The translations under genes were made by a program, and so were the position numbers. Of a stretch of DNA of 64,000 nt, positions 48,124-60,278 are shown one piece after another (position 1 is the first letter of the stretch; each line of letters begins with the position of its first letter). Source of the DNA: an uncultured cyanobacterium (lineage in GTDB: Bacteria; Cyanobacteriota; Cyanobacteriia; Cyanobacteriales; Nostocaceae); contig CAVUDP010000001.1 of the NCBI GenBank assembly GCA_963740315.1, positions 544,001 through 608,000 on the forward strand, given 5' to 3'. Under the pieces are notes generated by a model. It was given only the letters and a program-made list of their open reading frames with translations, was not told the origin of the DNA and did no database searches.

Positions 48124-50121
48124 CTGTAAAGCTGTAGTTAGTGATTTTTGTGTAACTGTTTGAATTTCTAATTTGTTACAGCTTGGATACAGTGTATTAA
48201 GGATAATAGATTCAATGGTATTAAAAACTAAATCATCATTTGTGACATTCAGTATTTGAGAAACTGGCTGTTTGACAACTGGGGATTGTACAAGTAGTTT
48301 TAAACCGATTTGAAAACTAGGCAAATATGTAATATTGAAGCGCTGGGGAAATAGATAATCTAAAGGCAGTAAATGTAATTCTCGATGAGGAATCAAAATT
48401 ACTTGTTCAATGTCTCCAAGTTGTTCCGTAATCCGGTTGATTTCTAAAATGTTATATAACCTGCTAAGCAAGGCTGTCATTTTTTTTCGCCAAGGAGCCG
48501 CTTTTTTAGTTGTATCTGTATAATTCTGTTGGCGGTAATTTTGATAATCTTGCTTCCACTCGTTTATCCAACTTTGAAAGCTTTGTAATTGTTCTAAATA
48601 TGCTGTATATGGTTTTGATTCCTCTGGCTGCTGCGAATTGCTAAAAAAGTTATTGAATGAAAATATATTCTGCTTTTTATTTTTGCTAGGTTGAGGAGAT
48701 AAAACGATCGGCTGCTCATTGTGCTTAACAATAAAAGTAGTAATAGCATTGGGGCTGATGTGCCAGAAAATCGCCGCTGTTTCAGGATTAAACAGTTTTT
48801 GCATATCTTGGTAAGTGAAATTCGGCGGTTGATAATCCCACTTTTCTTGCAACCAACCAAGACAGGTGTTTTTGCGTTTTTCCGCTAATTCTAAAGCCGC
48901 GATTTCCTTATTTGCATCCTGAGATTGAAGTTTAATATCTACTCGTAACTGATTGAAAGCAGCATATCTCCGCTCTAAGGTAATTTTCTTTCCTTGAGTG
49001 TCGCATTCTGCCACCATTTGTTCTAATTTTTGAGCTGCTGCTTCGATGTATTTTCGAGATGCGCTTTTGTCACCTAAAGCAGAACACACTTGCAGCAATT
49101 CTTGCAATATTTCTAAGTGTCGCTGAGGGAATTTATCAAAAGTTAGAAATTTTAAAGCATTCTCGTAGCTATCTTTTGCTTTTAACCAGTAGCTGAAAGG
49201 TTCGGATTCTTTTGTAGCGTACTCGTACAAAGTTTTGCCTTTTCTGTGATGCAACTCGCCGTAGCCTTCTTTATAGTCAAGATTTTCGGGTTTCAGTGCC
49301 TTGATGCCATCATCCCAGGTTTTGATTGCGGCTTTGTAGTCTTGTAAGTTGAGGAGTGCGATACCCCGGTTAATCCAAGCTAGCCAAGATTGGTTTTCTG
49401 TTAAGCGTAAGGCTTCATCAAAAGATGCGATCGCGTCTTTATATAGTCGTATGTCGCACAGGATAATACCCCGGTTAATCCAAGCATCAGAATCATCAGG
49501 TTTGATTTCTATGGCTTTGTCATAAGAAGCGATCGCATCTTCATACTTTTCTAATTTATCCAGCACATAACCCCGGTAATTCCAAGCATGGTAATAATCA
49601 GATTTGATTTCTATAGCTTTGTCAAAAGACGCGATCGCATCTTCATACTTTTTCAAATTATTCAGCGCAATACCCCGGCTATACCAAGCATGGTAATCAT
49701 CAGGTTTGATTTCTATAGCTTTGTCAAAAGAGGCGATCGCATCTTCATATCTTCCCAACTTATCTAACGCAATCCCCCTACCCCGCCAATCTTCCGCACC
49801 TCCAGGTGTCAATGCAATAGCTTGCTGAAAATCAGCTTCTGCTGGCTGCGTTTCTTTCAATTCCTTATAAGCCATACCTCGTCGCGCTAATGCCAAAATA
49901 TAATTCGGCTTAACTTCCAAAGCTTGATTGAGATACTCCACCGCTTCCTGATATCTTTCCAAGCGATAGCAAGCCAAACCCAAACCATACAATACCTCGT
50001 GATTTTGCGGTGCTTCTGCGGCTGCTTGTTGAAAAGTTTCTAAAGCGGCTGCGTTATCTCCCTTATCAAGTTGTTCGTGTGCTTGCTCAATTAATACTTT
50101 TATACTAAGGTTTGGCGACAT
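48112..50121 (-). pseudogene. TPR-CHAT protein truncated inside the CHAT domain
   Basis: N-terminal TPRs, then ALELAEKRKN, FWHISP and LIPHRELHLLPL..ITYLPS. Ends before the CHAT catalytic His/Cys motifs. Confidence 0.82.
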
Positions 50122-50267
50122 TTTCCCACATTGCTAACTGCTTGTTTGTAATTTTACTTAGATACAAGACTTTGCGTGAGTTTTACGAGTATTTTAGAAT
50201 ACAAATTTAGGAAAAATCTATTTTTACCGGGCTAAATGTATATTGCACCTCGACGAGAAACCGGGTT

Positions 50268-50442
50268 TAAGTAGGTTGGCGTAATTAAATGTAAGATGTC
50301 ATTGCGTTCACGCAGTGTTCCCAATACGGGAAGGAGGAACGACGAAGCAATCACCTTTATGTGCGGTTCATCGCAACGACTGGGATTGCTTCGTTCCTCG
50401 CAATGACGGAGCATATTATATTTATTTGTACCCACCTACTTA
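50268..50442. mobile_element. TAAGTAGG...CCTACTTA element nested within an AGAAACCGGGTTT/AGAAACCCGGTTTCT repeat
   Basis: Same family as 800-951; flanks resemble the element at about 31393-31480. Confidence 0.65.
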
Positions 50443-51377
50443 CTGCAAATCACTCAACGAAATAGCTATGCTTTCAGTTTGGAGAAACCCGGTTTCTTTG
50501 TGCAAGTTGCTCATGGTGCAAGATGTGTGTCTAAGTATATATTGTCGGGTTTTACTATGTTCTACGGAGACGCTTAACGTCAAATCCAACTAAAACCCAC
50601 GCAGGTGGGTTTCGTTTGTGTAGATGCGGTTTCAACCGCCAGATGAATCAATAACTAATAACTTAACAATTTTCGTCGCAATGACTATTATTACGTTACC
50701 CGTACCTAAGTTCTAATAATATTAATTTCAGTTCAATAGCTAACAAATTTATTAATATATAAATATCCGGAAAAAAAATAATTAATCTTACCTAAAATAT
50801 TTTTTTCAAAGATACAAACAAACTGTAATCGCTTCTACAGACAGCATTTGCTAAATATAATAACTAAAACAAATAATTAATAATTTCTCAAAAAACATTT
50901 GCCATTCACAATATTTGGTTTTAATATTAGCTTTACTTGTCGATAAAAACTTTCATACATCTTTTACTTTTTCTGTTACATTAGAGAATAAGAAAGTAAG
51001 GTAAGTTAATTGCTTGTCATCTACCACCTAACTGACGTGTATACTGGTTATGCTGTCAGTATATGGTTATTTTAATTTATCAATATCCAGGGTGACGATA
51101 AATCGCAATACAATGCTAAGTTTAGGCTTGTTGACGCTGAGAAGAAAATTGCGTTTTTGTGAAGTCACCGCTAATCCCTACATAGTATTGCTGCAAGAAA
51201 AATCATTTTTGTTTGCTTGCGCTTATGTAAACTTCTACTTACATATGCCCCGATTAGCGAAAGATACAAACAATACGTTTGAATGTTCTTTTTGCGAACA
51301 ATTTTGAAAAAACATTACCTGTAAATTGGTATGCGGCTTATTTTCGGTATCTCTGTTGTAAATTAAAAGCCACTTCA

Positions 51378-52481
51378 ATGAAAATACTTCCTATTAATAG
51401 ATACAGATTTTTTCAGAGAATACAGCCTATTACGCTGCTTAAAAATATCACCAGTAAACCTGTGACTGGGTGTTTGCAGATTTTTAGTACATCGGATTCT
51501 TGGTCATTTTATTTCGAGGAAAGCAAGTTAGTTTATGCTTCTTGTACGGATAAAATGTTTAATTTGCTTTATACAAAATTGCAACAATATAGTAAGCAAA
51601 TTCCCGCACTTGCTCAAAAAAAAGTATATCAGCAGTTACGAGTAATTTTTCAAAAAGCTATTGATAATCAAGCGATACTTAATCCGGATTATTTAGCTAT
51701 TTGCTGGTTAGTTAATCAGAAGCTGATTACTGCTGCACAAGCTAAAATCCTGATCAAAGAGTTAACTTTTGAAGTTATAAGTTCATTTCTGGGTGTAAAA
51801 GAAGGAAGTTATGAGTTTACTACGGAAAGTTTTATGGGTGATATGCCTAAATTTTGCAAGCTAAATATAAATGTATTAATCGAAAGTTGTCAACAAAAGT
51901 TACAGGAACGAGAAAATAGTCGATCGCAAGTTATTATCAATCCACCTTCCCAAAATTTACATCAGACACCATCAAAAAATAAGATACCAACTCAGCAACC
52001 GTTACCAAAACCCGGTTTTAATCAAACAAATAATCTAGCAACTAATCAAGTAGCTAATACAGGCACAAATTATTCCCACAATCGCCAGCGTTTTTATAAA
52101 AAAAATGCTCCTAGAAAACTTTACACCATAGCTTGTATTGACGATAGCCCTTTGGTATTAAATGCTATTCAATCTTTTTTGGATGAGCAAATTTTCAACG
52201 TTATTAGTTTTAGCGAACCTTTAAAGGCTTTGATGCAAATTCTTTGTACAAATCCAGATTTAATTTTATTAGATGTGGAAATGCCCGATTTGGATGGTTA
52301 CGAATTATGCTCGCTGCTGCGTAAACATTCCTATTTCAGAGATATACCCGTAATTATGGTAACTGGAAGAAAAGGTTTTATTGATAGGGCTAAGGCAAAA
52401 ATGGTTAAAGCTAGTGGTTATTTAACTAAGCCTTTTAGCCAAGCAGAGTTGTTAAAGATGATTTTTCAACATTTGATGTAA
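51378..52481 (+). CDS. PatA/PixG-family response regulator (PATAN plus REC)
   Basis: TGCLQI..W.FYF...KLVYA, DYLAICWLV and a C-terminal REC domain; first gene of the che-like cluster. Confidence 0.88.
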   Translation: MKILPINRYRFFQRIQPITLLKNITSKPVTGCLQIFSTSDSWSFYFEESKLVYASCTDKMFNLLYTKLQQYSKQIPALAQKKVYQQLRVIFQKAIDNQAILNPDYLAICWLVNQKLITAAQAKILIKELTFEVISSFLGVKEGSYEFTTESFMGDMPKFCKLNINVLIESCQQKLQERENSRSQVIINPPSQNLHQTPSKNKIPTQQPLPKPGFNQTNNLATNQVANTGTNYSHNRQRFYKKNAPRKLYTIACIDDSPLVLNAIQSFLDEQIFNVISFSEPLKALMQILCTNPDLILLDVEMPDLDGYELCSLLRKHSYFRDIPVIMVTGRKGFIDRAKAKMVKASGYLTKPFSQAELLKMIFQHLM

Positions 52482-52500
52482 TCTTAATTCCCCATGCCCC

Positions 52501-52788
52501 ATGCCCAATTATTTAGGAGAATTAAACTTGAGTATTTGTTCGCTAACGGTATTAATTGTTGAAGATTCTCTAAGTGAATTAGAGTTAATGAGTCATTATT
52601 TGAATAATGGCGATTACAAAATTATTAAATCTACCGATAGGAAAGCTTATGATATAGCATTGAAAGACAATATAGATGCGATCGCGACTGATGTAGTAAT
52701 GCCGAAAAATAATGGGTTTGAGTTGTGCGGGCTGCTGAAAAAAGCTTATTTAACAAAACCCTATACTCGCGAATCAGTTTTTGTATAA
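52501..52788 (+). pseudogene. CheY/PixH-like response regulator with an internal deletion
   Basis: VEDS and TDVVMP..GFELC are followed almost directly by AYLTKPYT; the beta4-alpha4 segment is missing. Confidence 0.7.
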
Positions 52789-52821
52789 ATTGACAACATT
52801 GGAAATTACATTTTATTAAAT

Positions 52822-53316
52822 ATGAATACATCTCAGATCGACTTACTAACCCAACATAAAGCAACTTTGGGTGATGGCTATCTTCAATTTAAGCTAAATC
52901 AAAGTACTACTGCTGTTTTACAGGTAAAATTTACTCAAGAAGTAATTGTATTACCAATTGAGGCAATAACTCCAATACCAAATACATCTGTATTTATTAT
53001 AGGATTGATGAATTGGCGCAATAAAATCATTTGGGTTGTTGATTTACCAAAAATGTTCGGTTTAGAGTCGCACATTTCTCGGATACAGCAGTGCAATATT
53101 ATTACAATTCATCATCAAACGGAAACTATCGGTTTGATGGTTCCATTGGTTAAAGGTACGGTAAGATTTGATTCCAATTCTATTCAATCCGCTCAAAATC
53201 AAGTTGAAACTAGTTTGCTTCCTTATTTAAAAGGATGCATTTGGTGCGGGGACGAATCAAATTTAGTATTAAATATACAGGCTATCTTAAAATCTTTGCT
53301 TTTTGACGCTAAGTAA
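52822..53316 (+). CDS. CheW/PixI-like coupling protein
   Basis: ITPIPN...IGLMNWRNKIIWVVDL motif. Confidence 0.9.
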   Translation: MNTSQIDLLTQHKATLGDGYLQFKLNQSTTAVLQVKFTQEVIVLPIEAITPIPNTSVFIIGLMNWRNKIIWVVDLPKMFGLESHISRIQQCNIITIHHQTETIGLMVPLVKGTVRFDSNSIQSAQNQVETSLLPYLKGCIWCGDESNLVLNIQAILKSLLFDAK

Positions 53317-53421
53317 TTCTAATTTTTTTACTTTTGTACTAAGTAATAATTACCATCGCTTTATCAATATTTACAACTGAATAAGCTACAAGCAATATTT
53401 TAAATATTTGAGAATGGCTGA

Positions 53422-55494
53422 GTGATGAATAAACTGAAAAAAAATCCAAACCCTAAGTCTGAGTTTTCCAATTTTCCTAAGTACGTAAATTATCAACCAA
53501 GACGATCGCAGAATTCTTTTTTCAAACAAATGAATTTGCGGTTTGGTAAGACAAGTCTAAACGGTAAAGCTGTGATGCTATCTCTTGCTATTTGCAGTTT
53601 ACCCACATTTGGAATTACAGCATTGTCTTATCATTTAGGCAATCAAATTATTACCAACTATGTTACAAACGACACAAACGTAAATACTGTAAAGCAGTTA
53701 GAAGCATCTCAGAAACAATTATTATTAATGTTGCTAATTGGAACCGCATCGGCTGCATTACTTGCGGGTATCAGTGCTGCAACTCTTGCTTGTCGTTTGC
53801 TGTTACCGATTCATGCTGCTAATGAAGCCGTGAAAAAGTTAGCTAATGGTAATCTGAATAGCCGCATTCCCATCAAAGGTAAAGATGAGTTTGCTATTTT
53901 AAGCAACAATATTAACTTGATTGTAGAACAGTTACAGGATTTACTATTCCAACAACGAGTTGAAAGCGAACAATCCAAGTTACTCTCAGATGCGATTATT
54001 GCAGTTAGTCAGTCTCTAAATAATGAAGATTTATTTAATAAAACAGTTAGAGAGATTAGGCAAGTATTAGGAGCGCACCGAGTAATTATTTATCAATGTA
54101 ACTCCGATGGTGAAGGGCAAGTTATCGCTGAAGAAATTGCTCCGGGTTTACCAATTGCTTTTGGAGAGGCTATCGAAGATATTTCTATTGTCAAAGAACT
54201 TATAGAAGTTTATACTCAAGCTGAAGTTTTAGCTATTAATAATGTTGATGAAGCCGGATTGAGCGCCGAACATTTGCAGTTAATGAGAAGCTTGAAAGTT
54301 AAAGCTGTTTTACTCACGCCTATTTTTAAAGATAATAAAATCTTCGGCTTTTTGATAGCACATCATTGCTGGAAACCTCATTTTTGGCAGGCATTTGAAA
54401 TTAATTTATTAAAAAAGTTAGCAATTCAAGTTGGATTAACTTTAGAAGGGTTAAGTTTACTAAAAACAAACCAAGTCATTCAAGAGCAATTTCAAACAAA
54501 AGAAGTATTGCAACAGCAAATTGTGCAGTTGATTGACAATATTGAAGCGGTAAGTAGCGGTGATTTAACAGTGCGTGCTGAAGTTACTTCCGGGGAAATT
54601 GGTACAGTCGCCGAGTTTTTCAACTCCATCATCGAAAATTTACGCGAAATCGTCATTCAAGTAAATCTTACAGCCACCGAAGTTAATAGCGCGATCGCCC
54701 CGGATGAAACTGCAATTAATCAATTAGTAATAAATACTAATAAGCAAGCCGTAGAAATCAACCGTACTTCAGATGCCCTACGGGAAATGAGGTCTTCTAT
54801 TAAGTCTATAGCAAAAGGGGCTAGAAAGGCTGCAACTGTCGCAAGTAAAGCTTTTCATACCGCCCAAGCGGGTGGTGCGGCAATGGATTTAACGGTAGAA
54901 AACATTCATTCTCTGCGCGAAACAATCGGCGATACTGCGAAAAAAGTTAAATTACTTGGGGAATCTTCCCAGAAAATTTCTCATGTAGTGACATCGATCG
55001 ATCAAATCGCCATGCGAACAAACTTACTCGCCATCAACGCCGGAATCGAAGCCACACGTGCGGGGGAGCAGGGGCAAGGTTTTGCTATAGTTGCCGAAGA
55101 AATCGCCGTTTTAGCAACTCGCAGCAGCGACGCAACCGCAGAGATTGAAGAAATAGTTACTAATATCCAGCGAGAAACCAGCGAAGTTGTCAAAGCGATG
55201 GAATTAGGAATCACCCAGGTAGTTGAAGAAACTCATTTAATTGAAGATACCAAACAAAACTTAAACGAGATTCTTGATGTCAGCCATCAAATTGATGGTT
55301 TAGTCGAATCAATTTCCGCCGCGACAGTTATCCAAGTCAAAACTTCCAAACAAGTAACCAATTTAATGAAAGAAATTACCCAAATATCTGAAAGCACCAG
55401 CAATTGCTCTACATCCGTTTCCTTATCATTACAAAAAACTCTAGATATTTCTAATAAATTAGCCGCAAGCGTTGATGGTTTTAAAGTTAGTTAG
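53422..55494 (+). CDS. Methyl-accepting chemotaxis protein (TM-TM-HAMP-GAF-HAMP-MA), PixJ/PtxD-like
   Basis: [29 protein letters not shown] signalling hairpin; a single GAF domain. Confidence 0.92.
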   Translation: MMNKLKKNPNPKSEFSNFPKYVNYQPRRSQNSFFKQMNLRFGKTSLNGKAVMLSLAICSLPTFGITALSYHLGNQIITNYVTNDTNVNTVKQLEASQKQLLLMLLIGTASAALLAGISAATLACRLLLPIHAANEAVKKLANGNLNSRIPIKGKDEFAILSNNINLIVEQLQDLLFQQRVESEQSKLLSDAIIAVSQSLNNEDLFNKTVREIRQVLGAHRVIIYQCNSDGEGQVIAEEIAPGLPIAFGEAIEDISIVKELIEVYTQAEVLAINNVDEAGLSAEHLQLMRSLKVKAVLLTPIFKDNKIFGFLIAHHCWKPHFWQAFEINLLKKLAIQVGLTLEGLSLLKTNQVIQEQFQTKEVLQQQIVQLIDNIEAVSSGDLTVRAEVTSGEIGTVAEFFNSIIENLREIVIQVNLTATEVNSAIAPDETAINQLVINTNKQAVEINRTSDALREMRSSIKSIAKGARKAATVASKAFHTAQAGGAAMDLTVENIHSLRETIGDTAKKVKLLGESSQKISHVVTSIDQIAMRTNLLAINAGIEATRAGEQGQGFAIVAEEIAVLATRSSDATAEIEEIVTNIQRETSEVVKAMELGITQVVEETHLIEDTKQNLNEILDVSHQIDGLVESISAATVIQVKTSKQVTNLMKEITQISESTSNCSTSVSLSLQKTLDISNKLAASVDGFKVS

Positions 55495-55661
55495 TTGTTA
55501 GTTGTTAGTTGTTAGTTGTTAGTGGATAGTGGTTAGTGGATAGTTGTTAGTGGTTAGTCAAAAATAAATCTACCCCCTCTACCCCCTCTTCCCCATCTCC
55601 CCCATCCCCCCATCCCCCTATCCCCCCCATCTCCCCCATCTTCCCCAATCCCCTTGATATT

Positions 55662-58433
55662 ATGTCTTTACAAAAAGAATTAGAAATAAAAATGCAGTTT
55701 CTAGAGGAAGCAACCGAGCATCTTAATGTTCTAGAAAATGCGATCGCAGAAGCTAAAAATACTCGTAAAATTGACTTTAAAAAAATTAATGCTGCATTAA
55801 GAGCCGCTCATTCAATGAAGGGTGGTGCGGCAATTATGGGGTTTCATCCTTTAAGCGATTTATCTCATCTGCTGGAAGATTCTTTCAAGGTTTTAAAAAC
55901 TAAGAGAAATACTTTAGAGCTTGATGATTCATTACAAAGTTTACTGCTATCTGCAATTGATTGGTTGCGTCAAATAGTAGAATCAATTTCAGTAGGTCAT
56001 GATGTAGATGAACAATGGATAACTATTTTTTGCTATCCGGTATTTACAGAATTACGCGAGGTTTTGGGAGAACCTACTCCTGAAGACGCGATGACTATTC
56101 TTTCTCCGGAAGATAATCCTCAAGAAATTATATCTTTATTATTTAAAACTGAAGTCGAAGGTTATTTACAAAGATTAGAATCGTTATTAAAGCAAAAAGA
56201 ATCTTCTTTACGATCCGAAATGGTGATGATGTCTACTCAGTTGGGTGGATTGGGGGAAATGCTGCAAATTCCTGCTTTTATCCAGGTTTGCGAGTCAATA
56301 ATCCAACGTTTATCTACTGCGGTTTCCGATGCGGAAGTTGAAGAAATTGCTCGCTTGGGGTTGCAATCGTGGCGAAAGACACAAGCTTTAATGCTTGCGG
56401 GTAAATTAGATGATTTACCTACGACAATTGATGAAAATAAATACCAACAATCAAATTTAGTAGAAAATACTGCTCCAAACATAGAAGAAATTATAGAAAA
56501 ATTACCAGAATTTACTCCAATACTCACAAGAGATAAAGAACCATACGTTAGGGTACCTAACAGAGAATTAGAGCAAATTAACGATTTATTTGGCGAATTA
56601 AGCATCGGACGCAATACTATTAAATTGCAGTTAGAACGAATAAGTAAATTAATTCGCAATCTTTCCATCCGCGTCAAAACTCTCGAACGCGAAAACCACG
56701 AATTACGTTTGGCTTACGATAAATTTTCCCTACAATTATCTACTTTAAAACCTAAATATTATCAACTTCAAAAAGATTATCAATGGCATCATAGCGAAAA
56801 TATTTACAGTCTTAATAATAAATTTGATGCGCTACAATTAGAACGCTATAGCGATTTACATACACTGTCTCAAGCAGTGATGGAAAATATAGTTAAAATT
56901 CAAGAAATTACCGGCGATATTAATCTTAGTTTAGAAGATACAGACCAAGTTAATCATCTGCTTAATAGAACATCTCGAAAACTGCAACATTCCTTAACCA
57001 AAGTTCGGATGCGCCCGCTTTCCGATATTATGGAGCGTTTACCTCGCGCTTTGCACAATTTAAAGACAGAATACGGCAAAAACGTTGATTTACGCATCGA
57101 AGATACAAATATCTTAATGGAACGCGGTATTCTAGAAGCCTTAAACGAACCCTTGATGCATCTGCTCAGAAACGCTTTCGATCACGGCATCGAAAACTCT
57201 CAAACGAGAATTGCCGCAGGAAAACCCCTTCAAGGATTAATTGAAATCAAAACAGTTAATCAAGGCGATCGCACTCTCATCACCATCCGCGACGACGGTG
57301 GCGGCATACCTTTAGAAAAAATTCGCACTCGCGCTGAAAAGATGGGCTTGGATGCCCAAATGTTAGCGACTGCTAGCGATGATGATTTATTAACGCTAAT
57401 TTTTGAACCTGGATTTAGTACATCCGATTCAGTTACCACATTATCCGGGCGCGGTGTAGGTATGGATGTTGTGCGTAATAATCTCAAATTAATCGATGGA
57501 GAAATTGCAGTCGATTCTGTACCGGGAAAAGGAACAACTTTTACCCTGTCGGTACCTTTTACCCTCAGTGTAGCGCGAATCGTCTTGGTAGAAAGCAACG
57601 GCATACCCCTAGCCTTCCCCACCGATGCAATACAAGAAATCTGCTTGCTAGAAAATCTCCAAATTCTACCAACTCAAAATGGTGAAGCAATCAATTGGCA
57701 AGATTCTCTAGTTGAGTTAATTGATATCAGTAACTATCTCCAATTCGATCGCATTCGTTCCACATCATCCGTCCTAGAAATTACACCGAGGCTAGAAGAT
57801 AAGCTTGTATTAATTATTAAAAATGAAAATAAATTAATCGCAATCCAGGCAGACCGCTGTTGGGACGAACAAGAAGTGGTTCTGCGTCGCGTAGAAGGCA
57901 GCATTCCTTTACCTGAAGGCTTTAACAACTGTACGATTTTAGGTAACAATCGGATAGTTCCCTTAGTAAATCCAGCACAACTCTTAAATTTGATTGCTAA
58001 AAAAGATACATTTAACGTCAATACTAAAACCTTATCTTCCACTTCTTATTTATTACCTAAAAACCGTCAAAATTGCATATTAATCGTAGATGACTCAGTA
58101 AACGTGCGGCGCTTTTTAGCTCTTACCCTCGAAAAAGCCGGATACATTGTAGAGCAAGCAAAAGACGGACAAGACGCACTTTTCCAACTGCAAAGCGGCT
58201 TACAAGTACAAAGCATAATTTGCGACATCGAAATGCCTCGTCTTGACGGATATAACTTTCTCATCCGTCTGAAATCCTACAATAATCTGCAACAAATACC
58301 CGTTATTATGCTGAGTTCGCGCAACAGCGAAAAATATCGTCAACTGGCGATCGGGTTAGGTGCAAACGTGTATCTAACTAAACCTTATAACGAACACGAA
58401 TTATTGCAGACATTAGAGCAAGTAGTTAAGTAA
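55662..58433 (+). CDS. CheA-like hybrid histidine kinase (Hpt, HATPase, CheW, REC)
   Basis: RAAHSMKGGA, HLLRNAFDHG, DDGGG, FEPGFST and SGRGVGMDVV motifs; C-terminal REC domain. Confidence 0.94.
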   Translation: MSLQKELEIKMQFLEEATEHLNVLENAIAEAKNTRKIDFKKINAALRAAHSMKGGAAIMGFHPLSDLSHLLEDSFKVLKTKRNTLELDDSLQSLLLSAIDWLRQIVESISVGHDVDEQWITIFCYPVFTELREVLGEPTPEDAMTILSPEDNPQEIISLLFKTEVEGYLQRLESLLKQKESSLRSEMVMMSTQLGGLGEMLQIPAFIQVCESIIQRLSTAVSDAEVEEIARLGLQSWRKTQALMLAGKLDDLPTTIDENKYQQSNLVENTAPNIEEIIEKLPEFTPILTRDKEPYVRVPNRELEQINDLFGELSIGRNTIKLQLERISKLIRNLSIRVKTLERENHELRLAYDKFSLQLSTLKPKYYQLQKDYQWHHSENIYSLNNKFDALQLERYSDLHTLSQAVMENIVKIQEITGDINLSLEDTDQVNHLLNRTSRKLQHSLTKVRMRPLSDIMERLPRALHNLKTEYGKNVDLRIEDTNILMERGILEALNEPLMHLLRNAFDHGIENSQTRIAAGKPLQGLIEIKTVNQGDRTLITIRDDGGGIPLEKIRTRAEKMGLDAQMLATASDDDLLTLIFEPGFSTSDSVTTLSGRGVGMDVVRNNLKLIDGEIAVDSVPGKGTTFTLSVPFTLSVARIVLVESNGIPLAFPTDAIQEICLLENLQILPTQNGEAINWQDSLVELIDISNYLQFDRIRSTSSVLEITPRLEDKLVLIIKNENKLIAIQADRCWDEQEVVLRRVEGSIPLPEGFNNCTILGNNRIVPLVNPAQLLNLIAKKDTFNVNTKTLSSTSYLLPKNRQNCILIVDDSVNVRRFLALTLEKAGYIVEQAKDGQDALFQLQSGLQVQSIICDIEMPRLDGYNFLIRLKSYNNLQQIPVIMLSSRNSEKYRQLAIGLGANVYLTKPYNEHELLQTLEQVVK

Positions 58434-58586
58434 GTTACTGGGAGTAGGGGGAATAATAGTAAAAAAACAATATTAGGCTACCGCGTACACACATATCGTA
58501 AGATCCCCCTAAATCCCCCGCTAAGGGGACTTTAACTCCGCGTAAAATTTCCCAACCAAATGAATAACTCCTCTACCTCGAAAATA

Positions 58587-60074
58587 TTACCGTACTGAAA
58601 AAGCTTCACTCAAACGTTTTGCAACTGGTTCAATGAGGAATGAAAGCACCGATTTTTTGCGGGTGACAATTTCTCCAGTTGCTACCATACCTGGTGTTAA
58701 ATCAACTTCTTCACCGCGTACTTTTAATGAATGTTTATTCAGTTTTACTGTAACTGGGAATACTAAACCTAACTTTTCATCTGCAATCGCATCAGCACTT
58801 ATATCTAATACTTTGCCATCAACAGTACCAAATTCTTGGAAGGGGAAAGTCGCAATCTTGACTTTAACATCCATTCCTTTAGAAATAAAACCAATATCCT
58901 GATTCATGACATTAGCTTCTAAGGTAATTTCTTCTCCTTCAGGCAAAATTGATAATAGTTCTTCACCACCCTGCACTGGTCCAAGGGTAGCTTTAATATT
59001 GTAAACTTTACCGGAGATTGGAGCTTTAATAGTTTCCTGTTCTAATCGCTTTTTAGCTTCTGCAATTTTACCTTCTAAACTAGTTAATTCTTCCTGGCGT
59101 TGGTTGAGCCGCGCTAAAATTGCCGTTTGCCGCTCAGAGGCTAATCTTTTGGCTTGAGTTAGTGCAGCTTGATAAGTTTGTTGAGCCTGACGAACTACCT
59201 GTGCTTGAGTTGTAAATTCGTTTTCCAAGGAAATTACCTTATCTTGAGCTTCCGTAATACCTTTATTGACACGAGTCATTTCGTCTTTTATGCGGGTAAG
59301 TTCTACTTCAGCTTTAACTACCGTATTTTGGGAGTCTAAATACTGCAATCTGGGAATTGCACCGGGAGCCACAAGAGATTTCAACGCTTTACTTTGTTGT
59401 TGAGCAATTTTGAGACTAGTTTGAGCTTTGCTAAATAAAGTTTGAGCATTAACTCGTTGAGACTCGGTTTGAGTTAGATTTGTTTTGGCATTATTCAGAT
59501 TTTCCAGTAGAGTTTTCCGGCGAATTTTTGCTTGTTCAATAGCAGCTAAAGCACCTTTTGCTTCGGCGATCGCCGCAGTACGACGGGCTTGAAAATCTTG
59601 CAATCTGGAGGCTAGAAGCTGGTCTTGTAGAGATACTCCAGCCTCAACATTATTCCCGCTTCTTTCTGCTTCTAATCGCGCCAAATCTTCCCGAATAAGT
59701 TTAGCAGATGCCAACAATTGGTCAATTTCAGTTTCCGTCATCGTCGAATCGCGCTGAATGAGAATGTCCCCTTTCTTGACGCGATCGCCAGCTTCAATAT
59801 TCACCACTTCAATACTTCCCGCATTCAAACTACGCACCGGACGCATTTGTTTAGATGGAGTTAATTTACCTTGAGCCACAGCTACTTCATCAACTCTACT
59901 AAAATACGCCCAAGTTAAGGTTCCAAATAACAACATACTCATTCCTGCTGCTAAAAAACGAGTATACAAAGGGGGTAGTTTCTTAATAGCTTGTCCTAAT
60001 TCATAGTCAAGATAATCTTCATTGCTAACAAATCTTTGGCGATTTTGACGTGCTTGGAGAGAGGAGGTTTTCAT
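58587..60074 (-). CDS. HlyD family type I secretion membrane fusion protein
   Basis: VDEVAVAQGKL, IKAPISG, DIGFI..G..VKVK..TFPFQEFG and LTPGM motifs. Confidence 0.92.
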   Translation of the reverse strand: MKTSSLQARQNRQRFVSNEDYLDYELGQAIKKLPPLYTRFLAAGMSMLLFGTLTWAYFSRVDEVAVAQGKLTPSKQMRPVRSLNAGSIEVVNIEAGDRVKKGDILIQRDSTMTETEIDQLLASAKLIREDLARLEAERSGNNVEAGVSLQDQLLASRLQDFQARRTAAIAEAKGALAAIEQAKIRRKTLLENLNNAKTNLTQTESQRVNAQTLFSKAQTSLKIAQQQSKALKSLVAPGAIPRLQYLDSQNTVVKAEVELTRIKDEMTRVNKGITEAQDKVISLENEFTTQAQVVRQAQQTYQAALTQAKRLASERQTAILARLNQRQEELTSLEGKIAEAKKRLEQETIKAPISGKVYNIKATLGPVQGGEELLSILPEGEEITLEANVMNQDIGFISKGMDVKVKIATFPFQEFGTVDGKVLDISADAIADEKLGLVFPVTVKLNKHSLKVRGEEVDLTPGMVATGEIVTRKKSVLSFLIEPVAKRLSEAFSVR

Positions 60075-60278
60075 AATTCAAAGCTTAAAATTCAAAATTG
60101 GGAATATTTGGGGAGAATAGAAACTTTTTTTTATCAGTATTAGGAATACCGGAAGAATACAAAATTCAAAGTTCAAAATATGATTTTTCAGTATCTAGTA
60201 TTTTTTTCACTAACATTATTTACTAATTACGACTATTTAATGAGTACAGAAGAACCATATTTTTGAATTTTGAATTAA

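Noticed and set aside
50232..51307. ORFs 50232-50435, 50315-50593 and 51050-51307
   Set aside because: They overlap repeat elements or AT-rich promoter DNA and show no protein motifs.
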